DNA of 64,000 nucleotides from Octopus sinensis (lineage: Eukaryota): positions 35,216,001-35,280,000 of the forward strand of contig NC_042997.1 in assembly GCF_006345805.1 (NCBI RefSeq), written 5' to 3'. Position 1 is the first letter of the stretch, and the number at the start of each line of letters is the position of its first letter. The notes below the pieces were generated by a model, which was not told where the DNA came from, searched no databases, and worked only from the letters and a program-made list of their open reading frames with translations. Shown piece after piece: positions 39,967 through 54,511 of this stretch. The position numbers and the translations under genes were made by a program.

Positions 39967-40270
39967 TGGAGGCGCAATGGTCCAATGGTTAGGACAGCGG
40001 ACTCGCGGTCGAAGGATCGCGGTTTCGATTCCCAGACCAGGCGTCGTTTGTGTTTATTAAACGAAAACACGAGCCTCCGGCAGGGGGTTGTGCCTACCCC
40101 TGTTGAACTCTTTCGCCCCAACTTTCCCTCACTCTCTTTTCCTGTTTGTTGAGTAACGCTGCGATGGACTGGCGTCCCGTCCAGCTGGCGGGGGGGGGGC
40201 ACATACGGAACAGAAACAAGGGAAACCGGGCCCATGAACCTCGCTAGGCTTGAAAAGGGCGAAAGAAGAA
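39967..40270 (+). mobile_element. SINE family C head with tail type 3
   Basis: Head as at 4541, tail as at 15990-16090; (GAA)n end. Confidence 0.85.
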
Positions 40271-40585
40271 GAGTATTACTTATGAGGTCACTCTCTAAAC
40301 TAGAGATACCACTCGCAAGAATGCAGGTAAATATTAATTGAAATATCTATCCTTCGTTAAATAATGTGCAACTTTAGAGCGGAATGAATACGAAAAGAAC
40401 TCTTTTAGTTTTAAGATTGTACTAAACAAGATTCAGAAACAAAGCAACACAAATGAAATTTCATGACAGTATATTTCTATTTCTCTATCTTTTAATTGCT
40501 GCTGGTATTATTCGGTGGGATAAGAAAGAATTCAAGGGTATTATATTAGAGAACAAACAATTGTTTTGCATATGAAATGCGTACG

Positions 40586-40647
<62 letters not shown>

Positions 40648-40769
40648 ATGGATCTTTAATTGATTCAATATTGTTATACTCTTTTACTCTTTTTACTCTT
40701 TTACTTGTTTCAGAAATATAGAATCTAGTGCGAGAAGTGAAAAACAGGATGTAGGAAAAAAAATCAAGA

Positions 40770-42620
40770 GGAATACTGATCTGTTATGTATAAATAGCAG
40801 AATATTAATTAAGGGGCCAGAAAGAAAGAATTTAACTGTTGGATGGATGGATAACAGGAAGACTTACGGCAACGTCCCACATAGCTGGCTCTTGGAGTCG
40901 ATGGAAATATAAGCAACGTTTTGAAGAAAGTAATCAATGCGTGGGAAGGAGAACTAGGATATACAGTTGAATCACCGAGTAATGTGGAACTGCGCTGAGG
41001 TATTTTCCATGGAGACTCTCTCTATCCGTTACCCTTTGAGAATGTGCTAACCCCTCTGACAAGATATAATCCTAGCCTGCCTATGAGTTTAGTAAAACCA
41101 AAATGAGATTAAACCACACACGTGATATGGATGACCTCAAGATAATACAACAAATGAGCCAGACCTGGATTCTCTAATTCAAACAATAAGAGTTTTCAAT
41201 AAAGATACGGGAATGCATTTTTGTAGTAAATAAGTGAGGAATATTAATTATGGAGAGAAACGGGCGTAGAATTACCACATTACAACATCATGAGATCGAT
41301 TGGACTAATGAAGGATACAAGTACTTAGGAGTAGTACAAGACAATGGAACAGAAATGGAAGAAGAAATGGGTGACAAAATCACTAAAGAGAAGAGAATTT
41401 GGACGGTACTCGAAGCAAAATTAAAACATCATTAAAACCATAAATACATGAGCTATGCCTGTATTGAAATACGTTGCAACCTTCTGAAATGCAAAAACGT
41501 CGAACTACAGAACTTGAATAGAAGTATTAGAGATTACTCCCTATGCCAAACACACTCTATTCTAAAATTAATATCGACTGTCTCTAACCAACATAAAACG
41601 AAGATGGCAAAAGATTGATAAGCGATTGCGATACTGGGTTTGACGTTTAACCCTAAAACTTTGCATTGCCCCAAAGGCTGCGCAGTATATTGGTTTGCTT
41701 AGACCTGTTATGTTGTGCTGAGTAAAGGAAGCTTACTTTCTGGAGTCAGGGATACCCAAGAAGTGACTGAAGCTGTTGGAGAATTTAAGGAGGAAAGGAA
41801 GAGCAACAGAATAAACAAATGGAAATAAATGGAACTAGATGGCCAGCTGATGCAACGAACGGAGAATGTGGGAAATAAAAGTCATTGGCTTTTTTTGACG
41901 GACGAGAACTTGGGAGGAGAGACAGAAACGGGAAAGTGAAACGCTAGTCATAGCCACTAAGAAACAAGCACTTGGGAAAAATATGATAAGGGTAGCTATC
42001 TACAATACTGAATGAGACAGCTGATATAGAATCTGCAGAAAAAGATACGAACGTATCAATTGCACTATGAGTGAGTCTCGCACACTAGCACAGGTGGAGT
42101 TTAAGCAGTGACGTGATTGTATAGGCAAAAAAAGTGCATAGGGATGTTAGCCGATTGTGTGGCTTTAAAACACCATAGCAGTGACATGAACTCGAACTCG
42201 AAATGAGAATTACAAGATCTTGTGGATTTACGTATAAAGATTAACCATATATTTGAAACACAAGCAGTTATGATTATAGAGAACAAAATAAACAACATGA
42301 GTTCATACATTTGCAATTACCTACGGTAGCAAAGGAACTGGGCAAAACTGAGAAATTTCAGTTTCTGGTCAGAGAGCTGAGGAGACTATAGCAGATTAAG
42401 ACAAGAATTATTCCTTTAGTAATTGGCGCACTTAACACAATGCTACCCAAAAGAATCAAAGAATTTCGAATTGGAACTCGCATTATCGACCTGCAGATAA
42501 GTACTATTCAATATTCCAGAAGCGTACCAAGAAGGTTTCTTGATAGTTGGGGAGACCTTTTGTCACCAAACCTCAAGATGAAACACCTGCAAACTAAATT
42601 ACAATGCGCTTGCAAACTAA
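40770..42620 (+). mobile_element. Old, decayed R4/Dong-like LINE (RT plus zinc knuckle plus RLE region)
   Basis: Frameshifted motifs in the expected order: VPHSWL, GIFHGDSL.PL, MDDLK, GYKYLGV, INT*AMPVLKY, LDGQ, IPLVIGAL. Confidence 0.85.
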
Positions 42621-44149
42621 CAATAATATTAATAATCTCATAGTGAAATTCTCCATAATAACTATATGCCACAAACCAACAATGTATAATAGTTAATTTA
42701 AATTCTGTAAAAACTTTTCAACATTATTAGTTACCTTCGTTTTTATCGAGACCAGAGGAGATTAAATATGTTCCCACCTGCGTTAAGATTCCGTTTTTAT
42801 TATTTGATTGCAGATGTATTGAAAGGAATTCATTGCTTCCTAATATATAATAATAATATTACCACATATCATTTAACAGTGCCAGATATTACTCCTATTC
42901 CTTAAGGTTGCAATGTTTGGTTTCCTAATTTTATGTTACTTAATTATCTAATCTGTCAGTTATAAAGAATCCATGCGCTAAGGTATCTTATTATTTCAAT
43001 GTACAGAAAATTTGCTTTAAATCACAAATTCAATGTTGAGTAAACTTTCAGTGTTGCATTTACTACAGCTTTAATTCCATTTATTTCATTTATTTCATCT
43101 GACAGCTACAGAACGCCGCTAAACACATTGACAGAATTCTCATATTAGGAACTATACTTGATTTAAACGAATTTCCAATTTAATTTCCGTAGTGCGCCAG
43201 TGAAACGATTCCATTCTGTTATCTACTTATTCAACAAAGTATTTATACTAAACTATGTCATTAAATATGATAATGCTATCGATTCTAGGATATTAAAGGA
43301 TTCATATATTTTTTTCATTATTTTCAAGGTTGATAAAAAAATCTAATATAAATACGTATTTCCTAAAGATTCCAAAGTGTATACGAATACATCGATTATA
43401 AATAGATCATTAAAGAAAAATATGCGATGTTTTCCGTTCTCTCTAAACCAAAGTATAATATAATGGAGAGCAGTAAATTACTGTTGCATTATTACCAGAA
43501 CGAATAGCACATTTCGTCACAGTATGAATTGATATCGTTACTAGTATCAAGTACAATGAACAACACTGAATGTCTACGTGTATTTTCAAAACGTTGAACG
43601 TATTATTTTTTTGTTTTTTGTGATTTATACTTGGTAAATAATATCATTTAAAACTACATTTGGTATAGACTGCTCTTAAGTTTCTTCAGGAAAATAGCAA
43701 TATTATTCCACCATCGAGATTTAAAATAGATTTAGGAACACATTTGAAGTAGAAATGTATGAAACTTCATCTTACATTTGGCGTTGTAAAAGATTATTTC
43801 CAAAAGTATAGCACCCGCCAAATGAGAAGGAAAATGCAATACTTAATATTTTCAGGCCGATTTAATTATTCTATGCGGAGGATTTTCTTTAAAATTTAAA
43901 CAATATTTTACAACATATGTTCTAAAATGCTTGAAATCTCTTCTTTAATTAGTCGTGTGAACTTGCATGCATATAGATTTACATACATGCAGGATCACCC
44001 ATAGACACACTCACACGCACACACACACACGCACACATGGGTGCCTCATGAATTGGCCGAAAGCAACCGCAAATCCCGAGTTGACAGCTGCTCTTCTCTC
44101 CATTCTCGCGAAATCATTTCACCCTTGTATTTGATCTTGGAAAATGTAT

Positions 44150-44780
44150 CTTCTATCAAAATGTTAAAGATTATTAACTGTGGCTTTGTAAAGTGAAAAA
44201 GCATAGCCACAACCGAGAAGGGAACTTCATGGGTAAAAGGTTCTTCTCTCTATCTCGTGGAATTGCAAAGGAGTGATTGACTTTGAATTGTTACCACCTA
44301 ATGCAACAATCAATGCTCAAGTCTACTGTCAGCAATCAGAGCGTTTGAACGAAGCTTTGAAGAAAAAATACCCGCGTTAGTGAATCGAAAAGGAATGATG
44401 TTTCATCAGAACAATGCGCGCTCTCACACTGCAAAGATCACATCACAGAAGACCGAAGAGCTTGGTTGCGAAAACTTCCCCATCCACCTTATTCTCCCGA
44501 CCTTGCTCCATCAGACTACCATTTGTTTCGTAGTCTACAGAATCAATTGGGGGACATAAATTTCGTAAGCCGGGAGGAAGTCGAAACTGACATTTCAGAG
44601 GTCTTCGATTGAAACCAAAAGATTTTAAATTGATATAATTAAAAAGCTTGTAAATAGGTGGAGGGCAATCATACATAATCAGAGAAAGTACATTGACGAT
44701 TAAATTTCATTTAAGTATAGCATTTGATCACTTGTATTGTTTATTCAAAATTCGGACAGAACATATGGGATGACCTGATA
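44150..44780 (+). mobile_element. Mariner transposase remnant with 3' TIR
   Basis: HQNNARSHTA (degenerate HDNARPH) and HPPYSPDLAPSDYHLFRSLQ; 3' end shared with 38190-38220. Confidence 0.9.
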
Positions 44781-46303
44781 TATACTATTTAATAAACTAT
44801 CATTATCATTATTAAAAATGATAATAAACTGGCTAGCAAGTTTAACCTAAATATGCAAAATATACTAATAAATCAGGCTAAGGAAAAACTAGCTTGCTAG
44901 AAATAGGCACGAACACTCCAAAGCCACACATTTTCCACTATTCTGTTTCTATGGGTATGCGTGTATGTATGTAAATCTCCATTAATGCGTTTGCGCACGC
45001 CGAGGTGAAGAAGGGACTTGAAGCCTTTTAGAACCTACACACACACACACACACTTACACGTTTACGACCACGAACAGGCGAAAATAAAAGCATTGAATT
45101 CATGCAGAACATAATTATCTTATTTGGCTCAAATTATTACCTTTTGACACGTGATTTTCCGCGTGTATGAACGCTTCGTCAGCCGGCAGCTACGGCTGAA
45201 CAAAACAATAACAGATGTGTGGATAAGGTGTGCCAGTAGTGCTCATACAAACACTACACACACATACATACAAACAAATACTTGTGTATGTGGATTTGTA
45301 TGTATGTATATGTGTGAGTGTGCATATATATATATGCATACATATAAGTGTGTTTGCATAAGTGTGACTGTGCCTGTAATATCAAAAATAGTAATTTCTA
45401 CTACAGGCAACACACTACGAGTTTGTGGGGCGGAAAGAATTGTTTCAATCGACTTCCGTACTTCTGAAGAATCAAAGGCAATGCTGTACTAAAAGTTCTC
45501 TGAACTAAGATAACATAAACGACCGTAACTAAATACTGCAACTTATTTTGTCCAACGTTTTAATGATTTTACTGATGCGAACTCCGTATAATGATGATGT
45601 ATGTTATTAACAATCATACAAATAATCAATTTAGCCTCTACACGGTTGTATGATCTCCTAGAAAGAACAGTCAAATGTTCTTTGAATTGCACCAAAACTA
45701 TAGAAGACAACCTCATCTTTCATGCTCAGTGCGTGAGAAATATTGTATGGCGGCGGATTGAATACCATACATAATAGAATTTCATGCTACTAGGAGGATT
45801 TGCAGCTAAATAATAACTACGTATTTGGGAAAATATGATTAGAATACTAATACTTTTTACTGCCGATGTATATAAAAATATTTTTCAATTTCATGATTAC
45901 TAAGAAAAAAATGCTCTCTCCGACTAAGAAATCATCTATTACTTGACTTATATTGGTCCAAGATGTAACATATATATTAGAAGAGAAAATTCACTTGAAA
46001 CAATTTCACTCGAAAACAATGCCTCTTTTTCCACCCCAAATGACTCTCCTAGTGGAATAGGAAGCCTGTGGGAGTTTCGTCATAGAGGAACATGGCTGTA
46101 CACCCTCAGCTTTACACACACGTACACACACATATTTGTCTATGAATTTATTTAACTTTCTACACATCTATCTACATATCCATATGTGTGTAGGTGTAAT
46201 TGTGTGCGTATAAACACGCACAAATATCGATATGTGTATATATATATGTATACATACATACAGACAGACAGACATAATTATATGCACACACACACACACA
46301 CAC

Positions 46304-46340
<37 letters not shown>

Positions 46341-46651
46341 TCTATACATTTACATTGAAATAATCATCTGAGTATCATATCAATTTTATTTATACTGTAG
46401 TAGAATATTTTGCTCTGTACCGCACTCATCGGAGACAAACGAAATTTGCCGTGGCAGTAACATGGCAAATTTGGACGTCATTTGAAGATTGTCTATAACT
46501 CCATATTGTGTAGGATTTTTTCCGCATGCCACAAAGAGATCCATGTCTCATATTTAAGAATCAGTGAATAATATATTTCCTAATATTTTGGGGCTGTAAA
46601 GCTCAATGAAACCAATTGAAACAGCATGAAATCAGAATAGCCATCCGTGCA

Positions 46652-47026
46652 TCTTTTACTTGTTTCAGTCATTTGACTGCGGCCATGCTGGAGCACCGCC
46701 TTTAGTCGAGCAAATCGACCCCGGGACTTACTTTTGCCGAACCGCTAAGTAACGGGGACATAAACACAACAGCATCGGTTGTCAAGCGATGTTGGGGGCG
46801 GGGACAACACAGACACACAAACATATACACACATACATATATATATACACAAATACATATATACGACAGGATTCTTTCAGTTTCCGTCTACCAAATCCAC
46901 TTACAAGGCATTGGTCGGCCCGGGGCTATAGCAGAAGACACTTGCCCAAGATGCCACGCAGTGGGACTGAACCCGGAACCATGTGGTTGGTTAGCAAGCT
47001 ACTTACCTCACAGCCACTCCTGCGCC
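46652..47026 (-). mobile_element. SINE family A with an internal deletion
   Basis: Reverse complement of 3251-3670, lacking a ~35-bp segment. Confidence 0.9.
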
Positions 47027-47038
47027 ACTCCTATTATA

Positions 47039-47077
<39 letters not shown>

Positions 47078-47559
47078 GAGATACATTTTTTTTGAGAGAG
47101 GGAAAGAAAAGATATCTTCATAGATGCATTTCTCAAAATATCAGTAAATGTATCATTCATATTTTTTTATTATAACAAACATCAACGCCTGAAAGCGTAT
47201 TCATTATTGCATTGACCTTGCACTTACTGTTTTAGTTTTATCAACAACTGACGGTGGATACATCACGAATTCGGACATCCATTTATTGATGTGCATGTAT
47301 TCATGTGTGTGTGTGTGTGTGTTTGTATGTGTGCGCTTGCATTTGTATTAGTATACACGTATCTATATTCTTTGTTTTCTTCGATACAAGATAAAATCAA
47401 ACTACTTTTACATTTAGTACTCGATGAATATCCTGAACTGTAAAAGAAACGCGATTTTTTTTTTGAAACGTCATAATAATTCCTATTATCCGTAATTGTT
47501 TAGTACAAATTGCTATTTTGTGTTATCGTGTTTATGAAACATTTTGTTTTACTGCCTTG

Positions 47560-49465
47560 TGGCAGAACCGCGAACGTTTTCCCTCTCTGTTTGATGGTGG
47601 TACTTTTTCTGTGCGTTAATATGATATGCTTAAGTTGACTGATGTCGACTTTTCTGAGGAAGAGGTGAATCAGTATGTACGAAGATTGAAAAAGATAACG
47701 ACTTCAAAAGACTCGGAATATATACAGAAATATACTAACAAAAAAGCAAAAACAAAGAAATACTCGGATTACAGAGAAAAGGAATTTCAAAAAGTAATTA
47801 ATTTTGCAACATTAGCTGGTGTGACTAAAGAGGAGTTAACCATTAAGAAAAAATCAACTAGACAAATACAAGGGAATGTTACAAAATGAGGGGCACGAAA
47901 TACAGTTGACCCCTCCCAGGAAAAAAACACACAACACTGTAAGAAAAACAGTAATCCTCAAAACGTTTCCATTAAAAGACTAAAAGCTGGACATGGTAAC
48001 AGAAGACCAAGCGGAGATGTGTGTGAGGCCCTTCTGACAAGCTATTGTATACTTTGCCAGGGACAAAAGATTCGCCACACAGGAGGTGCAGTTTAAGACT
48101 GAGGAAATAACTAGGCAACACTCGACGACCCCACTCAAAACGAATGAGTTGGTCCTCCCATCAACATTGGTAAGCGTATTTTCAAGATAAAGGTTGGAGA
48201 AATTATACCAGAGGACGACGTTGCTTGGCTCGTGGCCGCTATTGTTTTAAGCTTGGACGAGAATTTAACAATCCTGCAAGCAACGAAAATCAACCAACAA
48301 AACTGGCAGATCCAGGGTTTAGAAATGCTAATCCTCACTACTCCTGTAGACCTTGAGGATATTGCTGATACCATACTGGTGAGAGGGGAAGCAAAGTTGA
48401 GAGATATGGTGAAGGGATGAAAGCCGCGTGGCCAGAAAGGCAACATAAGAGCAGAGAGCCCTCCGCCTAAAACTCCACTGTTCTCACCAGTCGTGAAAGC
48501 AGCGGCACCTCCAACCCCTACAACGCTGGCTGCTGAAGTTGTGAAAAAGGAGCACAGAAGAAAATTATTCAATGAAAACAAAAGAGGCAGCGGAAAAATC
48601 GTCTGACAGTGAGTGAACGACAGTGTCAAAGAAAAAACAAAGAATCCCCATCATGCACCCTCATAAACTTGTCCTCACCTCCCGCATGAATACTGCTACC
48701 CACATTGTCCCCACAGACACCAACACCTTGCTGCCAACCCAGACACTAATCCTATCACTTTTCTCACGGAAAATTTCACACAGGCAAGTACACATGGTAC
48801 ACAAAATCTCCCCTCCACCACAAAAATGCAGGTCTCTTTAAAGCATATAACGACATAAATTCAAAGCTAAAAACATTTGAACATCCTCCAAACAAGGTTA
48901 AATTCGTCTTCATTAATCGAGGGCGGGATGCGGAATACTCTGAGGGACCGATCGCCGGAAATGGATGGTCCGCGCTACGAGCTATATTATAGTATGCTAC
49001 ACTTGTTTGGGCACCTACTAGCAAGCGTCTACACCGATTGGGCAGTGGAATGGGTATATACCTAAATCTGTGAGCCAGGGGGTTGTAGTGCTACTAAGAA
49101 AGGATACAAACAATGGGGATATAGTAGATAATTCTAAGCCCATCAATGTGCTTAACACAGAGTTGAGGATTTTAGCCAAGGTATTAGCAAAAAGGTTAGC
49201 GCATGTCATGTGTGGACTCGTCGGGAAGGCGCAAACGTGCGCCATTCCCGGTAGTTCCATAGAGGATAATCTCCATCTTATACGCTATATCTTAGAGAGG
49301 GTTAATAGGATTCGTGGAAATGGTGGGGTTTTGGTCCATTCAGATCAATCTAAAGCTTTTGACAGGGTTGACTATCGGTATCTGGTGAGTGTCCTCGCGG
49401 CGGTCGGATTCGACTAGGTCTTCCGTGGGTGGATCATTGCTTTATATAGCAACATCGAAACCGCC
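47560..49465 (+). mobile_element. Tx1/L1-clade LINE remnant: ORF1-like region plus RT N-terminal fragment
   Basis: RSPEMDGPRYELY (degenerate KSPG.DG), GVVVLLRK, KPINVLNTELRILAKVLAKRL, QTCAIPG.SI.DN and DQSKAFDRVD (48910-49465). The upstream broken basic ORFs (47626-48840) are tentatively ORF1. Confidence 0.8.
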
Positions 49466-49782
49466 CTGCATTAAGCGTTCGGTAGGTGAAGTATTAAAAG
49501 TAAAACTCTCGAATGAGAAAACAATTAATAGTGAAATTCTTGAATCGCATTACTACAGATATGCTATTGCTTCACTTTTGTCATGTAATATCGAAACAAT
49601 ATAAGATCCTGCTTCGGGCTCGCATTAGACAAGAATTTGAACAGTGTTTTGGACTTTGGCGCTCTATGTACGCTAAGGAAGGTATGTGTAAAAATTTGAA
49701 TGAAATCGGTTGGGTAGTTCTCACGTTTTAGGGATGCACACATACACACAGACAGACATATTCTCAGTTTTATAAATATAGA
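49466..49782. mobile_element. Possible non-autonomous Helitron-like element
   Basis: AATTTGAATGAAATCGGTTGGGTAGTTCTC...(ACAG)n...TTTTATAAATATAGAT terminus resembles small non-autonomous Helitrons; from pattern memory only. Confidence 0.4.
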
Positions 49783-50590
49783 TTTACAGTGTGAGTTTGC
49801 ATATAAGAAACTATATTTTCAGAAAAGTAAATATGTCCTTGTCTAAAATGTAAGAGATGGAAATCATGTAATTTAATATAGAACTAGATAACAACAATAG
49901 GTTTGAGAATGTATGTCAGAATTAGTTCAATGTTATTTAAGTATTTCGATTTCTCTGGGTGATTTATTTTTGTATAATGCTCTTATATAAATATCACTAA
50001 AAAAATAACGATATATTAACTTTAAATCGGGACGGCCATCAAAATATAGTTCTACAAAATCTTTACTCGTCCGCTGAATGCCTACTCTAGTCACGTATCC
50101 CTCGGAGGTCAAATTACGTGTCAAGTAGCATTTTATCTAGCTAAGAGTGATCGAAACTTGGGAATGTTATCAATAAGAAACTAGAATTCTATGAAAGGGT
50201 GCACAGTCGTGCTATTTAGATTAGCCTACAACTTCGCATTGGCTTCGTTCTCCTGAGTTGATCACTGGCAACATAAATCTTATCGAATCCGGAAAATGTT
50301 AATTAAATAGTATTCCATCAAACCATACCTTAATCGCTATCATACAAAATAAAACCGTAAAACTTGACTAAAATTTCAAATTTCTGAGATTGTGTCATCT
50401 GAACGACGTTTCAGGAATATATGTGTCAACCTAGAACTTCAATCAATTTGAAAGTTATTTCAACAAATGCTATCATTTATTATTCTGATTGAACTTTAGA
50501 TACACCAGCTCACACAATGCTGCACGCTGTCATTCATCATTTACAGATACACACACATAGGTGCTCGCGCACTCACACACAGTCACACAC

Positions 50591-50638
<48 letters not shown>

Positions 50639-51635
50639 ATTGGATAATATATAAGCGGTAAAAATGTTAATCGAGCAAACAGTAATTATATTATAGATTA
50701 AATTACGAACATGCCACGTGTAAAAGTGTCTTTTATTTAACGAGACATTCATTGAAGTGTTTCTTCAAATATGGTAATTCGCGATTTACACTATATCATA
50801 AACAAGAATGAACATTAGAGGCAACCCTGGGAAATATTTATATTGTTCTTGTAACACATTAACGAAATTCAAGCTATTTAATACTTTTAATGATTTCCAT
50901 TTCTCGTTTAATAGAGAAATTAATTTTTGAAAAAATGTTGATGTCTCTACTTGAAATTATATCAAAGGCAATATTTGCAAATGCAAACTTTCATTTCGCG
51001 AAATGTGAATTTAAGCTTTAGCGTTGTGAAACCGTGTGTGAATGATTAAATTATGTTCTTCATGTAATTTAGCTTGAATAAACGTAGGGCAAGGGTAGCT
51101 TAGTGTTAAGTACATGCGTCTTGTTTATGATTCACCACATGGTAGTAGTTTAACTGTTATCCATTTCTTGTTGCTAGTTAAGGCCTTAGATAGTGTATTT
51201 ATCGCAGTTTTTATTGACATCACTAAAAATTTAAGGATGAAATCGTCGTACGCAAGATTAATTTAGCGTTTAATCCAACCAAAGTCGGTACAATTAAACT
51301 CAATAAAATACAATATTATAAACAATCCATCATCACTATCATTTCGCCTTTAGCGACCTGTGTAAATTTAGCTTGTAAACAGTCTTTAAATTCTGAGAAT
51401 ATTCTGTATTCGAATTTGCTCCTTTATAGCGAGCATCATGTTTCGAGACACTGCTTTGAAACTTAAACAACTGCATTGCGGAGAAATTATTTTAGTCATT
51501 TAAAAAAAGCAAAAACTTTCAAAGTATATTTTCAATTATATATTCATATGTCAAAAATTATAACGCACAACTGCCAGATGATCAAGGATATTGTTTTACT
51601 GGAAATCTTTCAAAGTTCGTTAACAGCCAGTTGTT

Positions 51636-51950
51636 ATATGCTGAAGCAGTCCTTTCATGTTTGTGACATTGATTGTCGTGAGTGGTCCACTCTAACAGAC
51701 GACCACGTCGCTTGGCGCCATACCAACAGTGATGTTATTTTTGCCATTGGAATCCCGCGCAGTTGATCTCTTGAAGACAAATATGAGAGGCGAAAACGTA
51801 ATGTTGCTGCATCAGCAGACCCTGAACAGCCATGCTCATGTCATCACTGCAATCCGATATCCCGATCCCGCATCGGTTTTATCAGTCACGAATGAGCGTG
51901 CAGACGGCGTGGACAACAGTCTTCCTAATCTTCGTCAGCGAAGCGATGAT
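51636..51950 (+). mobile_element. RTE-clade LINE 3' end
   Basis: LKQSF..CDID..EWSTL.DD..AWR, then SRIGFISHE*ACRRRG...stop and a very short 3' UTR, as in RTE C-termini. Confidence 0.75.
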
Positions 51951-51952
51951 AT

Positions 51953-51998
<46 letters not shown>

Positions 51999-52050
51999 AA
52001 ATAGCTGACGGTTAGTAAGGAGAGACACAAATGAGTGAGAAGAAAACAAA

Positions 52051-52095
52051 GGACTACTGATGCGTTCACAGGAGTGTGACGAAAGATCTCTGGCC
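52051..52095 (+). ncRNA. Decayed minimal type I hammerhead motif
   Basis: GGACTA-CTGATGC-GT(T)CACA-GGAG-TGTGAC-GAA-AGATCT-C-TGGCC, with a palindromic stem III and A9 mutated. Confidence 0.5.
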
Positions 52096-52271
52096 GAAAT
52101 TAAGATTAAGATTAATGTAAAAAATAAATAACACCGAAGCAAAATAACACCAAATATATAGTGCGTGTGTTTTTATTGGCTAAACTGGCAAAATGACCAT
52201 TCCGAAATATAACAATATCTGTTTCAACACACGACTTCACATAAAAAATCTTGCACAACAAATATATAAAC

Positions 52272-52355
<84 letters not shown>

Positions 52356-52920
52356 ATATATATATATATATATTCATATTCTTACACACAGACACATATT
52401 TGCATTACATATACAGGCGTGTTTACACAAATGCCTGTAAGGGAGGGATAATAACTATAATTTTCTCAGGGTGCTGCATCGACATTATTCTAATCCGGAT
52501 GCAAATTTGATATTATATTCGATTTGTTGAATGCATACCCATTTTTGAACCTATCTAGTTCTTGTTGGGTGAAATGAATATTTTGTCTTCCACTTCAGAT
52601 GTTAAAAGTGTTACCTGAATGCTTGGCGTGTACATCAGCCGGTATTTTCAACGAAAATTTCAGGTAAGTTAGCAAATGTTGCTTCGATCCTCATTTGTGA
52701 TATTTTCTTTTGCATTGTAGTCAATGTGTTGTACTGATCACAACTTCCATGATAATTCCCATATGTGTTATTCTAAAAAGCGTAAGACTTACACACTAAT
52801 GTTTTAAGTAATCTACCTGATTCATTTCTATGACATTGACACTAGCTAATACGCTGTTAGTTGTCGAATACATACCCACATCATACCCACCACAGTGTAT
52901 AGATATGCATATAAATATAT

Positions 52921-53140
52921 TCTTTTATTCTTTTATTCCTTCATTTGTGTCAGTGATTTGACTGCGGCCATGCCGGAGCACCGCCTTTACTAGAGAAAAT
53001 CGACCGCAGGAATTGTCAGCCTAGTACTTGTTCTATCGTTATTTCTTGCCGAATCGCTAAGTGACGGGGACATAAACACTCCAGCATCAGTTGTCAATCC
53101 ATGTTGTAGGGACAAACACAGATACACACACATATACATA
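52921..53140 (-). mobile_element. SINE family A 3' half
   Basis: TTTGACTGCGGCCATGCCGGAGCACCGCC...GGGGACATAAACAC. Confidence 0.85.
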
Positions 53141-54432
53141 CATACACACAAACACACACACACACACACATATATATACATATATTTATATATATACATA
53201 GGCACACATATATATATATATACACATATATGTACATATATATACATATCTACATACACATGTATACATATATGTATATATACATGTATACATACATATA
53301 CATACATATGTGTATATATATATATATCCTGTCATAAATGACAGGTGAAATAGTTTGATGAAATTTTATTTAGCTATAATAATATCTAACATCACAAAAA
53401 CTGTTTCGTAACTTAAAAACATGCATTTTATATTATATTTCATGATTAAAAAATTACTTATGTATGCGTATATATATATGTGTGTGTGAGTATGTGTGTG
53501 TGTTTGCGTGTGTGTATGCTTGTGAGTGGTGGGGGTGCTTGTCTACAGACTTTTGTATCTAAGTTGCATTTATACATTCCTTTATGATTGAAACAGCGGC
53601 TGAAAATTGAACAGTCCATCTGACAAATGTTTGCGTCTCACTACTGAACGATATTTGCAGTGTGTGTTTGGTTTCTAAGTGTATTTCGTCGGTGGTCCTA
53701 GCGGTAGCAAAGCAGCTATAGATATGTCATTTGTACCCTATTGTATCTTTCTCCAGATTTGTTAAGCAGTTTATAACGTATTAAGCACCCTGATTCAAAA
53801 TGTTACAAAATTGTGCAATAAAAGCCTTTTTGGATGTTCTATTGCTACACAGGAAATGCTTAGAATATTTATAGTCGCTAACAATAAGAGTATGTTATTT
53901 AACGGCGCCACGAAAATGAGCTTTCGAATACATAGTAATTTCAGAAACAGATGAAATATATAGTGAAGTGTTTACTAATACGTTCCGCTACATGAGTGCA
54001 GCTTCATCAAAAGACAAAACCTATTTGTAATACGCACACACATACGTACATGCATACAGATATACATACATACATACATAAGTGTGTATATAAAATCTCT
54101 TTTAGATATATCCAGTGATTTTGCTTCTTTTATCTATTTCTTAAGAACTTTTAAGACGGTCTTTCTTGTCAGGCTTAACTTATGATCAAAGTGAAATAAT
54201 AAACTATTATTTCATTGATTTTTCATCCATATATTCTCACTAAGGAGTACGTGATCAAGCAAAATGAGAGTTTAAATTTGCTTAGTAAACAGATGCTGAC
54301 TTGCCGGACGATGTATTGATTATTCGTCTCACACCATTACCCATTACTTCTCTCTTTTATATTGGTAGATGCCAACTATATAAAACTCTTAAACTATCAA
54401 AAGTGAATAGCTACTATTGATTGAATAAGGGC

Positions 54433-54511
<79 letters not shown>

